A stretch of 64,000 nucleotides of DNA, taken from the IMG/VR virus record IMGVR_UViG_3300030202_003277; one strand, 5' to 3'. Source of the DNA: an uncultured virus (IMG/VR IMGVR_UViG_3300030202_003277) (taxonomy: Duplodnaviria > Heunggongvirae > Uroviricota > Caudoviricetes). Every line of letters starts with the position of its first letter. Within the stretch, counting starts at the first letter, position 1. Below are positions 27,175 to 35,378 of the stretch, one piece after another. Below the pieces are notes generated by a model that made no database searches, was not told the DNA's origin, and worked only from the letters and a program-made list of their open reading frames with translations. The position numbers and the translations under genes were made by a program.

Positions 27175-27447
27175 TTATATGAGAATAAATCTTTCTCTTT
27201 TAGCAATGCAGTCAAATATGCATAATATTTTTTTTACTATAACCTCTGTTTTTATATCATCAGGCTCTAAGATTAGTAGAATACAATCTACATTATTGCT
27301 TTCATCTAAATATTTAATTTTATGTTTTTTAAACATATCTATAACAATAATGTAAACTTCTTCTGCATAATTCATTGCAGTAAATTTGTCTTCATTACCT
27401 CTTACCATTAACAAATGTGGGTAAATTTTCAAGTCATACGTTTTCAT
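27175..27447 (-). CDS. Hypothetical protein
   Basis: 90 aa. Confidence 0.5.
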   Translation of the reverse strand: MKTYDLKIYPHLLMVRGNEDKFTAMNYAEEVYIIVIDMFKKHKIKYLDESNNVDCILLILEPDDIKTEVIVKKILCIFDCIAKRERFILI

Positions 27448-27464
27448 AGTATATAATTTATAAA

Positions 27465-27492
27465 TTCAACAGGCACCAAAGTACCTGTTGAA
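27465..27492 (-). repeat. Early-gene hairpin element
   Basis: TTCAACAGGTAC-TTTG-GTGCCTGTTGAA. Confidence 0.7.
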
Positions 27493-27501
27493 ATGTAGAG
27501 A

Positions 27502-27594
27502 AGTTATTCGTTTTAATGTTAAGTGTTCGGCGATCAGCCGACAAGCGTAGCTTGAACGCCAGAGCTTGCTCTGTAACATTAAATAAGAATTACT
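27502..27594. other. Multi-branched palindromic non-coding element
   Basis: Outer stem TTTAATGTTA/TAACATTAAA enclosing three GC-rich hairpins. Confidence 0.6.
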
Positions 27595-27602
27595 GAACGG
27601 AA

Positions 27603-28058
27603 TTATACACCATTTTGAGTAATGTATTCTTTATTGCAACAAGAACATTTTAATTTCTCAAGAAATAATATACCTTCCATTTCTTCTGGTGCAACTAAAT
27701 TTGTACCACAAATATGTTCATTTTGAATAAATTCAAGTTCACAATGAGGACACGAATAAGAAGTTGAAATTTCAGTATCTCCATTCATACCTAACCATTT
27801 TTTATCTTCTTCAAAAGATAAATGTTGATTAAGAAATAAATAATCTTCAATCTTTTCTTTATCTTCTTTTATAGAAGATTTAACATCATTTATTATTGAT
27901 TTTAATTCAATGTCTAAATGTTCTGTCATTTCTGATGCATTTAGATAACCCATACATATTAAATCTCTAATAACTTTATTAGCATTTTCAATTTGTACTA
28001 TATCTTTTTCCATTGAATTAATATCGTTTACGATATTTTTGAAAGTTTTGTAATTCAT
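27603..28058 (-). CDS. Coiled-coil protein with C-terminal Zn ribbon
   Basis: CPHC...CSCC. Confidence 0.55.
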   Translation of the reverse strand: MNYKTFKNIVNDINSMEKDIVQIENANKVIRDLICMGYLNASEMTEHLDIELKSIINDVKSSIKEDKEKIEDYLFLNQHLSFEEDKKWLGMNGDTEISTSYSCPHCELEFIQNEHICGTNLVAPEEMEGILFLEKLKCSCCNKEYITQNGV

Positions 28059-28076
28059 AATATATAATTTTAAAAT

Positions 28077-28102
28077 TCGAGTAACACCTAAGTGTTACCC
28101 GA
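28077..28102 (-). repeat. Early-gene hairpin element
   Basis: TCGGGTAACAC-TTAG-GTGTTACTCGA. Confidence 0.7.
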
Positions 28103-28109
28103 TTTACAA

Positions 28110-28421
28110 TTACATATTAAATTCTTTATGCATTGCGCCAAAGACTTCTATTCCTACATTATATTTTGTTATAAGTAGTACTAAGTCTGGACTATTCTTT
28201 TCAGCCCATTTATTAACTATATCCATATTATCAATTGCGTTTAGAAATTGAAATACTAATACGTTAGCTAAATCTTTATCTTTCATAAATTGAACGATAT
28301 CTTCATTAGTCATAAATGGATGCATTTCTGAATGCTCTTTCCATAATATGTTTACGATATTAGATTTACATTCAGAAGCTTTTTTGTACTGATTAAAAAA
28401 AGTTGTTACATAATTTTCCAT
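28110..28421 (-). CDS. Hypothetical protein
   Basis: ATG 28421 after the conserved leader. Confidence 0.55.
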   Translation of the reverse strand: MENYVTTFFNQYKKASECKSNIVNILWKEHSEMHPFMTNEDIVQFMKDKDLANVLVFQFLNAIDNMDIVNKWAEKNSPDLVLLITKYNVGIEVFGAMHKEFNM

Positions 28422-28438
28422 GATAGTATAATTTTTAA

Positions 28439-28466
28439 ATTCAAGGCACAATTAAGTGCCCTGAAT
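28439..28466 (-). repeat. Early-gene hairpin element
   Basis: ATTCAGGGCAC-TTAATT-GTGCCTTGAAT. Confidence 0.7.
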
Positions 28467-28569
28467 AAAAATGGTTTTCTCATTATATGCTTACCAATAG
28501 CATATAAGATGTTATAACTTGTTGTAGCTATAATTACAGACTTCCACAATAAGGATTACTTATCTAAAA

Positions 28570-28595
28570 TCAGATAGCACCTAAGTACTATCTGA
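28570..28595 (-). repeat. Early-gene hairpin element (no gene directly downstream)
   Basis: TCAGATAGTAC-TTAG-GTGCTATCTGA. Confidence 0.7.
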
Positions 28596-28601
28596 ATCTT
28601 A

Positions 28602-28874
28602 CTAAAATGGTAAATCATCTTCTTTGTTATTTACACAAAGCTCTGAAGCATTACCATTCCAAATTATGTCCATTGGTTCAGATTCTTCTGCAAGGTCAAA
28701 ACAAAACTTGCACATATGTCCTGGTTCCCATTGATTTTCATCAGGTAAAAACTCAGGTTCAGTACATTCACAACCTTCCCATTCTAAATCTGCTTTAGCA
28801 GCTTCAATATCTTCTAAATCCATTTGAAGTTGATTCAATTGCTGTATTACAGCGTCTGTTAACATATTTTTCAT
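28602..28874 (-). CDS. Acidic Cys-containing early protein with SSB-like DDLPF tail
   Basis: CEC..CKFC, very D/E-rich, ends KEDDLPF. Confidence 0.6.
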   Translation of the reverse strand: MKNMLTDAVIQQLNQLQMDLEDIEAAKADLEWEGCECTEPEFLPDENQWEPGHMCKFCFDLAEESEPMDIIWNGNASELCVNNKEDDLPF

Positions 28875-28939
28875 AGTTATAAATTTTAAATTCAGATAAC
28901 ACCATAGCAATGTTAACAACTTACTTGCTCTACTTAACA

Positions 28940-29290
28940 TAATAACTTGACTATCTTAGATATTTCTTATAACTTCGCTAACGCATTCGCACAAGCAATT
29001 GAGGTACACAACCCTAACAGCTTTCTTATAGCTACTCAAGTCCGTAAGGACACTCATCAGCTACTGCTCAGATTGACTGAAGTTGTTGATTGATATCAGA
29101 ATGAGGAACGATATTCAATATCAATTTACAACAAAGTACCCGAAACGTTTACGTTTCGAATGGAACACACGTCAGTGTGGTGCCGGATAGGGGGGGTGCC
29201 TTGATTGAACGAACCGATAGGGGAGTGAAATAAGTATGTCCTCAGCCCCTTGTCTCACAAATACAAAAAAGGTACTTATGGTATGGGTAT
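28940..29290. other. Structured non-coding control region (candidate origin, terminus or early promoter)
   Basis: Largest non-coding gap; GC-richer, with palindromes, a G7 run and a GATAGGGG direct repeat. Confidence 0.5.
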
Positions 29291-29297
29291 ATAGTGT

Positions 29298-29627
29298 TTA
29301 GTTGAGAGAGTAGTCTATAGTGTATGAGATAGATCCTACTATTTTAATAACTTCAATAGAGTGAATCCAGAAGAACAGTTTATTTTTCTTATGAGTGATT
29401 AGGTTTTTAGATAGTCTATTAAGGGTATTCATATATAAGAAGGGGGTGGGGAATCTAAAATCATCATCAAGGGTAAGGGTAGTTACGTCTGGAACGAATA
29501 TGTTCACTTGTTTCTTGTTGTCGTTATTATAATACTTTAGTGTAACTATAGCTATAACTACATTAGGTTTATAACCAGGGGGGTAAGCTTTTTGAGAGAT
29601 AAGGTTATTAGGGTCTGTTAATTCCAT
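29298..29627 (-). CDS. Hypothetical protein
   Basis: 109 aa. Confidence 0.45.
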   Translation of the reverse strand: MELTDPNNLISQKAYPPGYKPNVVIAIVTLKYYNNDNKKQVNIFVPDVTTLTLDDDFRFPTPFLYMNTLNRLSKNLITHKKNKLFFWIHSIEVIKIVGSISYTIDYSLN

Positions 29628-29674
29628 GTTGAAAACGTTGATAAAGTTTAAAGTAAGACTTTAAAAATAATTAA

Positions 29675-29682
29675 TAAATTTG
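29675..29682 (+). promoter_or_regulatory. Bacteroidota -7 promoter element for the packaging/late operon
   Basis: TAAATTTG just upstream of ATG 29691. Confidence 0.45.
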
Positions 29683-29690
29683 ATATGTAG

Positions 29691-30011
29691 ATGATTCAAA
29701 CAATTGAAATACCAATTTATAAAGCAAAGTTATTAGTATTTAATAATGAAGAGACATTAAGAACAAGATTTCCAAAAACAAGATTTGACATAAGAGAAGA
29801 TACAGAAGGTTATAGTTGTACCGTTGACGGTATACATATTTTATTTTTCAGAATACAGAGCATACCAGTTATAGTACATGAATCATTACATGTCTGTTGG
29901 TACATATTAGCCCAAAGGGGAATTAAGTGTACGCCAGACAATCACGAAGCTCAGGCATATCTGCTTGAGTTAATTGTATTTAACCTTTTAAAATTAAAAT
30001 GGAATGACTAA
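29691..30011 (+). CDS. Small zincin-like metallopeptidase
   Basis: VHESLH plus downstream HEAQAY. Confidence 0.6.
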   Translation: MIQTIEIPIYKAKLLVFNNEETLRTRFPKTRFDIREDTEGYSCTVDGIHILFFRIQSIPVIVHESLHVCWYILAQRGIKCTPDNHEAQAYLLELIVFNLLKLKWND

Positions 30012-30252
30012 TTATGTTAAAGTTGTAAGATTAAATTCTTATACATTATTTGTAGATGGAACATATTGTTACAATACAAATGGGGTGTATTGCCCTAATG
30101 AGCAAATAGCATTAACTGAAGAAAAGATTGATGCTATATATGAATTTCTTAAATTAGAGAAAAGAAATAGTGAAGAGCGACATAAAAAAGAATCTGAAGT
30201 TGCTGTTCATAATTTATTAATAGAATTAAATTTTAAACATAAATTAAATTAA
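30004..30252 (+). CDS. Hypothetical protein
   Basis: 82 aa. Confidence 0.5.
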   Translation: MTNYVKVVRLNSYTLFVDGTYCYNTNGVYCPNEQIALTEEKIDAIYEFLKLEKRNSEERHKKESEVAVHNLLIELNFKHKLN

Positions 30253-30253
30253 T

Positions 30254-30397
30254 ATGGGATCTAATATAAATAAAAAAGCATTTGGCATGAGATTAGCTGA
30301 AGCTACTGATGCATACATTAAACAACAACAAAAAGATAAAAAATCGGATAAGGTTACTCCAGCATATAAGAGTAATAGAGGATGGTGGAAAAAATAG
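30254..30397 (+). CDS. Small basic protein (47 aa)
   Basis: MGSNINKKAFGMRLAEATDAY..RGWWKK. Confidence 0.45.
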   Translation: MGSNINKKAFGMRLAEATDAYIKQQQKDKKSDKVTPAYKSNRGWWKK

Positions 30398-30672
30398 TTT
30401 CATACGTTGAGGGCAATTTAAAAATGCTTGCCGATAAATTTCAATTGTTAGATTGGTATAAAAAAGAACAAGTACTTTATCGTATGAATGTATGCAAGCA
30501 TACATGTTTACCTAAAGGAAAGTGTGAAGTATGTGGGTGTACAGTGCCAAACAAAATGTATTCTATGTATTCTTGTAATACTAAAAAGTTTCCGGATATG
30601 ATGGGAAAAGAGCAATGGGAAAAGTATAAGAAAGAAAACAATATTCATGTACAACGAATTGATAGAGATTGA
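30382..30672 (+). CDS. Cys-rich Zn-binding protein
   Basis: CKHTC..CEVCGC..SC. Confidence 0.55.
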   Translation: MVEKIVSYVEGNLKMLADKFQLLDWYKKEQVLYRMNVCKHTCLPKGKCEVCGCTVPNKMYSMYSCNTKKFPDMMGKEQWEKYKKENNIHVQRIDRD

Positions 30673-31192
30673 TAGAGAGGGTAATGTATTTATGCAAGAT
30701 AATTCAATTGCATTAATGCCTAAGCTGTGGGAAGTATATAAGCATAAGCGAATGGGAAGTAATATGGTTCGGTGGATAGTTTCTATGTCAGATTATAAAT
30801 CTCCTTATCGTAGGTTGCCAGAAAAAGAAAGAGTAAGGACTGTAACTTATAGTATTTTTGAGAGTTACAAGAATAAACTGTGTGATGAAGAATTAGTATT
30901 GTCAGCATTAGAAGAATATAAAAAATTACAATATGATCCTTTAGTTGACCAATATAATGCTATGAGTGAGCAGATGTATTTAATAACAGAAGTTTATAGG
31001 GCGATGGTTCCAACACAAAGTAACTTAGAGGATTTAAATGACATAGCTATTAAAATGGAAAAGGCAGCTGTAGCAAGAGATAAAATAAAAGCATTGATTT
31101 TAAAGGATAGAGAGAGTGATTCTAAAATTCAAGGTACAAGTAGTGAAAACTTTAGTATGTTAGAAAATAAATTAAGATTAGAAGAAAGTTGA
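30647..31192 (+). CDS. Putative terminase small subunit / TerL-adjacent protein
   Basis: Helical protein overlapping the TerL start. Confidence 0.45.
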   Translation: MYNELIEIDREGNVFMQDNSIALMPKLWEVYKHKRMGSNMVRWIVSMSDYKSPYRRLPEKERVRTVTYSIFESYKNKLCDEELVLSALEEYKKLQYDPLVDQYNAMSEQMYLITEVYRAMVPTQSNLEDLNDIAIKMEKAAVARDKIKALILKDRESDSKIQGTSSENFSMLENKLRLEES

Positions 31193-33084
31193 TTAGTGGT
31201 GATAAATATAGACCAGTGCTTTTTGATAAGACTTCTAAGAAATTAAGAAGGGGTTCTATTGACCATAGCAACTATTGGAACGAACAAATAAGAAGATGTA
31301 GGGAAGGGTGGAAACCTAATGGTGGTACGTTTATGCCGGGGCCATATTATTTCTATTTAAATTTTTCTAAGATACATGCTTACGATGAAAAGACTGGTAG
31401 AAAAAGAATGATGCCGCCAAGCTATCGAGATCAAGACCATGAATACTATACTGAAATACATAATGCTAAAGAAGGTGGTTATGGTATTATAGTTGGAAAA
31501 GCAAGACGAAAAGGATTTTCATTTATGAATGCTAATATACTTTTAGCAGAATGGAGTTTATATCCAGACAGTGAAAATGGTATAGGGGCTCAAATGGAAC
31601 ACTATGTACAAGATTTCCGAAAAAAGATGATGATGTCTTATTATGCATTACCTACTGAAATGCGTAGTCAAACATTACATAATAACGAATTAATATTACA
31701 GTCAGGTTATAAAGAAAAAGAAGAAGGGCAATGGGTAGAGAAGGGTATGAAGAGTATGATTCATTTTAGAGTAATGGATAAGCCAGATGCTTTTCGTGGA
31801 ACTACAATGACATATTGGGTGCTTGAAGAAGCTGGTGAGTTTAAGAAATTAAAAAAAGCTTACTATGCTAATGAAGAATGTTTTAGAGAAGGTTCTTTAC
31901 AATTTGGTGTACCTATAATTGGTGGTACTTCAAATCAGATAAGTAATGAGAGTGAAGACTTTATGGAGATGTATTATAATCCAGAAGAATATAATTTAAG
32001 AAAAATATTTATAAGTGCTGCTAAAGTGTATCATGGATTTTTTCATTATAAAACTGGAGTTAGTGATGTTGAAGGAGCCACTAAACATATAGAACACAGA
32101 GCTGCTGAAAAAAAGAAAGCAAGAGACAAAGCTTTATATTATGCATTTAGACAGGAGATGCCACTTAAAGAAGAGCATATGTTTCTTCAAGTAGGCACAA
32201 CTCCTTTTGATTTAGATAAAATTAATATACAGACAACTAATATACTTACTAATAAAAAATTAAATATTGTTAGAAAAGCAAATTTACATTGGCAAAAAAA
32301 TAGTAAAGGTAAATACATATTAGGTTCTAAGCTTGATGTAGAATATAGTTCTGATGGTAAGTTTGAAATATTACACGAAAATTTAGAAAGTTTTAAAAAT
32401 GTACATGTATCAGCTGTCGATCCATACCACGTTGATGATTCATTAGAAAATTCTATAAGTGATAAAGAGTCAGATGGTTGTATGTGTGTGTATCGTAGAT
32501 TTATTAATATGGATATTCCTGGAGAATTGCCAGTTGCTATGTATACAGATAGACCTTATTCAAAAGAAGAATTTTATGAGAACTGTTTAAAATTAGCAGT
32601 TTATTATCAATGTCAAATTTTGGTTGAGTATAATGATGATGGTTTTTTAAAGTATTTTATTAAACACAATATGACCAGGTACTTAAAAGAAAGACCACGC
32701 TCTGCAGATTCACCGTATAGTCAAGTTTCTAATAAGTATGGTATTCATATGAAGAGTTACCAAAAATCTTTATTGGTAGAATTAGTAGATGAATATATTA
32801 AAAAGCATTATGAAGATATTTATTTTATGAGATTGTTAGAAGAAATGGCAGTTTTCGGTAAAAGAAATACAGATAGAGTAATGGCTTTTGGATTAGCTTT
32901 GATACACGATATGGACACAACAAGACATATTGTTAATAAAGAAGAAGAAGAAGATGCTGTAAAAGATTTTTATCCACATTTTAAAAGAAAAAGTGATGGA
33001 ACAATAGTTTCAGTAAATAATAATAATAATAATAACTTTCAAAAGAGGTCAAAAAATCCTACTTTTGATTATAACTTTGATTAG
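31189..33084 (+). CDS. terL: Terminase large subunit
   Basis: GKARRKGFS Walker A, VLEEAG Walker B, GGT motif, AVDPY and DRVMA nuclease Asp residues. Confidence 0.92.
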   Translation: MISGDKYRPVLFDKTSKKLRRGSIDHSNYWNEQIRRCREGWKPNGGTFMPGPYYFYLNFSKIHAYDEKTGRKRMMPPSYRDQDHEYYTEIHNAKEGGYGIIVGKARRKGFSFMNANILLAEWSLYPDSENGIGAQMEHYVQDFRKKMMMSYYALPTEMRSQTLHNNELILQSGYKEKEEGQWVEKGMKSMIHFRVMDKPDAFRGTTMTYWVLEEAGEFKKLKKAYYANEECFREGSLQFGVPIIGGTSNQISNESEDFMEMYYNPEEYNLRKIFISAAKVYHGFFHYKTGVSDVEGATKHIEHRAAEKKKARDKALYYAFRQEMPLKEEHMFLQVGTTPFDLDKINIQTTNILTNKKLNIVRKANLHWQKNSKGKYILGSKLDVEYSSDGKFEILHENLESFKNVHVSAVDPYHVDDSLENSISDKESDGCMCVYRRFINMDIPGELPVAMYTDRPYSKEEFYENCLKLAVYYQCQILVEYNDDGFLKYFIKHNMTRYLKERPRSADSPYSQVSNKYGIHMKSYQKSLLVELVDEYIKKHYEDIYFMRLLEEMAVFGKRNTDRVMAFGLALIHDMDTTRHIVNKEEEEDAVKDFYPHFKRKSDGTIVSVNNNNNNNFQKRSKNPTFDYNFD

Positions 33085-33086
33085 GA

Positions 33087-35348
33087 ATGAGCGATAGTGT
33101 AAATTTTCCAAGACAAAATATTCCTGCTGATAAGAAAAACGAAGAATGGGTATTAGACTGTGTAAATGCAATCTTAGGATATCAAGACACAGGAGATAGA
33201 TATCGGAATGAAAAAGTAAAAGATCACGAAAATTATCTAATAGCAGAAGGTTATTTTGATATTAAACAATTTGAGTATGTTACCGATATGTATGGTATTA
33301 CTGCTCCAGCTCGTTTAGTAAATTATCCAATTATAATGCCTAAGCTTGATTTATTAATTGGTGAATTAATATCTCAACCTTTATCTTTTACAGCTTTTGT
33401 AGTTAATAGAAGTGCTATAAGACGTAAGAATGAAAAGAAAATTCAAGTTGCAGCAGAATTTATCTTAAGACCTTTAAGAGCTAAAATTTCAGAAGCTACT
33501 GGTGTTGAGTTTCAAGATGAAGATTTAGGAATGGAACTTCCTGAAGATGTAAAAGCATTTCAAGAATATAAATTTAGAGATGCAATTGAAGATCAAATTC
33601 ATGTAGGTTTAGAATATCTTATTCAAAAATATGATTTAAAGAATATCTTTAAAAGAGGATTCTTTGATATGGGAGTAACTTCTAAAGAGTTCTATAGAGT
33701 AGAAACAAAAAATGGAGACCCAGTACCATCAAGGTTAGACCCAAGAACAGTTATATACGATCCAGATTCTGACAAAGAAACATTACAAGATTCATTATAT
33801 GCTGGAGTAGATAAATATTTTACTATTAATGAAATTATTGATAGGTGGGGGCATATGCTTACTAAAAAAGATATTGACTATTTAGAAGAGTTACAAAATC
33901 AAGAATCTGCTTGGTATGCTGATAATAATGTACCATTTAGTTCATATATATATACACAAGATTCTTCATTAAAAATTAGAGTTGTTGATGTTCAATGGCG
34001 TTCTATTAGAATGATGAAGTTTAAAGAATCGCCTAATAAGTTTGATCCAGAAGTACCTTATTATAAAATGCTTCCAGATGATTATAAAGAAAAGAAAGGT
34101 GAGAAGATTGTAAAAAGACCTATGGTTGAGGTTTGGGAAGCTATTAAAGTTGGACATAAAAAATTAATTAAATGGGGTCCAAAACCTAATCAATATAGAT
34201 TTGAAGAAAATTATGCTGAAGCTAAATTAGATTTCTTTGGTGTTATTAAGACTAATTTAAATGGTAGAACATTATCTATTGTTGATGCGCTTAAAAACAT
34301 TCAAATACTATATAATGTGGTTATGTATCACATTGAGTTATGTATGGCAAGAGCTGGTGGTAAATCTATTGTTTATGATGTTTCACAAAAACCTAAGAAT
34401 ACACCATTAGAAGATGTATTGTATCATGCTAAAAACTCAGGATTAATATTAATTAATTCAAAACAAGAAGGTCAACAAATTTCTACATTTAATCAATTTC
34501 AACAAATTGACTTTACATTAAGTAATTCAGTTCAGCAATTAGTTAATTTAAAAATGATGTTAGAAGAAACTGCTGATAAACTTACTGGTATTTCTGCTGC
34601 AAGAAGTGGAATACAAAAATCAGGAGATTTGGTAGGAGTTACAGAACGTAATGTATTACAATCTACTACTATTACTGCACCAATTTTTGAATTACATTAT
34701 AAAATAGTTGGAGAAGTATTACAAGACATGGCTAATAAAATGCGTTTGTGTTGGGCTAATGAAGGGCGTATGGCTAATATCTTTGGAGATATGGGTATGC
34801 AAACCTTTAAAATTGATAAAGCTATTAGTAAAGATGAATATGGAATCTTTATAAAGAATAGTAGTAAAGAGGTTCAAGAAAAACAATTAATGTTACAGTT
34901 ATTAGAAAGATACTCTTCTACTGGAGCTGTAGAGCCATTAGCTGCAATTAAAGCTGTTAGAGGTGATAGTGCTACTGAAGTTGAAAATATATTAGTAGGT
35001 GCATTAAAAGAAATGAAAGCTCAACAAGTAGAGTTACAAGAAAGAGAGCTTGCAGCACAAGAAGCTAAAAATGAAATAGACGCTAAGAAAATTCAAGTAC
35101 CATTAGATGTTGCTCAAATTAAAGCACAGTCTGATATTCAAGTTGCACAACTTAATAATCAAACTAAATTAGAAATTCACGATAGTGATATTGTACAAGA
35201 GCAAGACATGCAACAAGCAAATAGAAATCAAAATTTAGATGAAATGATGCTTGGGGCTGCTAATGATGAAACTGTTCCAGACATTCTTCCACCAACACAA
35301 GAAGCGCCTGTAACAGAAAGAATTGAAGTTGTAAAAAAGAATGAATAA
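33087..35348 (+). CDS. Portal protein
   Basis: FPRQ N-terminus, NYPIIMPKLDLLIGE, NQFQQIDFT, LTGISAARSG..VGVTER; position after TerL. Confidence 0.88.
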   Translation: MSDSVNFPRQNIPADKKNEEWVLDCVNAILGYQDTGDRYRNEKVKDHENYLIAEGYFDIKQFEYVTDMYGITAPARLVNYPIIMPKLDLLIGELISQPLSFTAFVVNRSAIRRKNEKKIQVAAEFILRPLRAKISEATGVEFQDEDLGMELPEDVKAFQEYKFRDAIEDQIHVGLEYLIQKYDLKNIFKRGFFDMGVTSKEFYRVETKNGDPVPSRLDPRTVIYDPDSDKETLQDSLYAGVDKYFTINEIIDRWGHMLTKKDIDYLEELQNQESAWYADNNVPFSSYIYTQDSSLKIRVVDVQWRSIRMMKFKESPNKFDPEVPYYKMLPDDYKEKKGEKIVKRPMVEVWEAIKVGHKKLIKWGPKPNQYRFEENYAEAKLDFFGVIKTNLNGRTLSIVDALKNIQILYNVVMYHIELCMARAGGKSIVYDVSQKPKNTPLEDVLYHAKNSGLILINSKQEGQQISTFNQFQQIDFTLSNSVQQLVNLKMMLEETADKLTGISAARSGIQKSGDLVGVTERNVLQSTTITAPIFELHYKIVGEVLQDMANKMRLCWANEGRMANIFGDMGMQTFKIDKAISKDEYGIFIKNSSKEVQEKQLMLQLLERYSSTGAVEPLAAIKAVRGDSATEVENILVGALKEMKAQQVELQERELAAQEAKNEIDAKKIQVPLDVAQIKAQSDIQVAQLNNQTKLEIHDSDIVQEQDMQQANRNQNLDEMMLGAANDETVPDILPPTQEAPVTERIEVVKKNE

Positions 35349-35351
35349 ATG

Positions 35352-35359
35352 TATATTTG
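35352..35359 (+). promoter_or_regulatory. Bacteroidota -7 promoter element before the capsid genes
   Basis: TATATTTG. Confidence 0.45.
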
Positions 35360-35378
35360 TTAAAACAATACTTTAATT

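Noticed and set aside
24875..28915. CRISPR array or integron attC array
   Set aside because: Hairpins are not identical repeats, the spacers are whole genes, attC RYYYAAC/GTTRRRY ends are not consistent, and no integrase or cas gene is seen
29010..29062. Hammerhead ribozyme (CTGATGAG..GTCC-TTAC-GGAC on the minus strand)
   Set aside because: The required GAAA does not follow stem II, and stems I/III cannot be built convincingly
33014..33036. (AAT)n microsatellite near the terL 3' end
   Set aside because: Encodes a short poly-Asn stretch in a disordered tail; in frame and unremarkable
31189..33084. Intein or intron in terL or dnaB
   Set aside because: Lengths are ordinary and the motifs are contiguous; no splice or LAGLIDADG signatures
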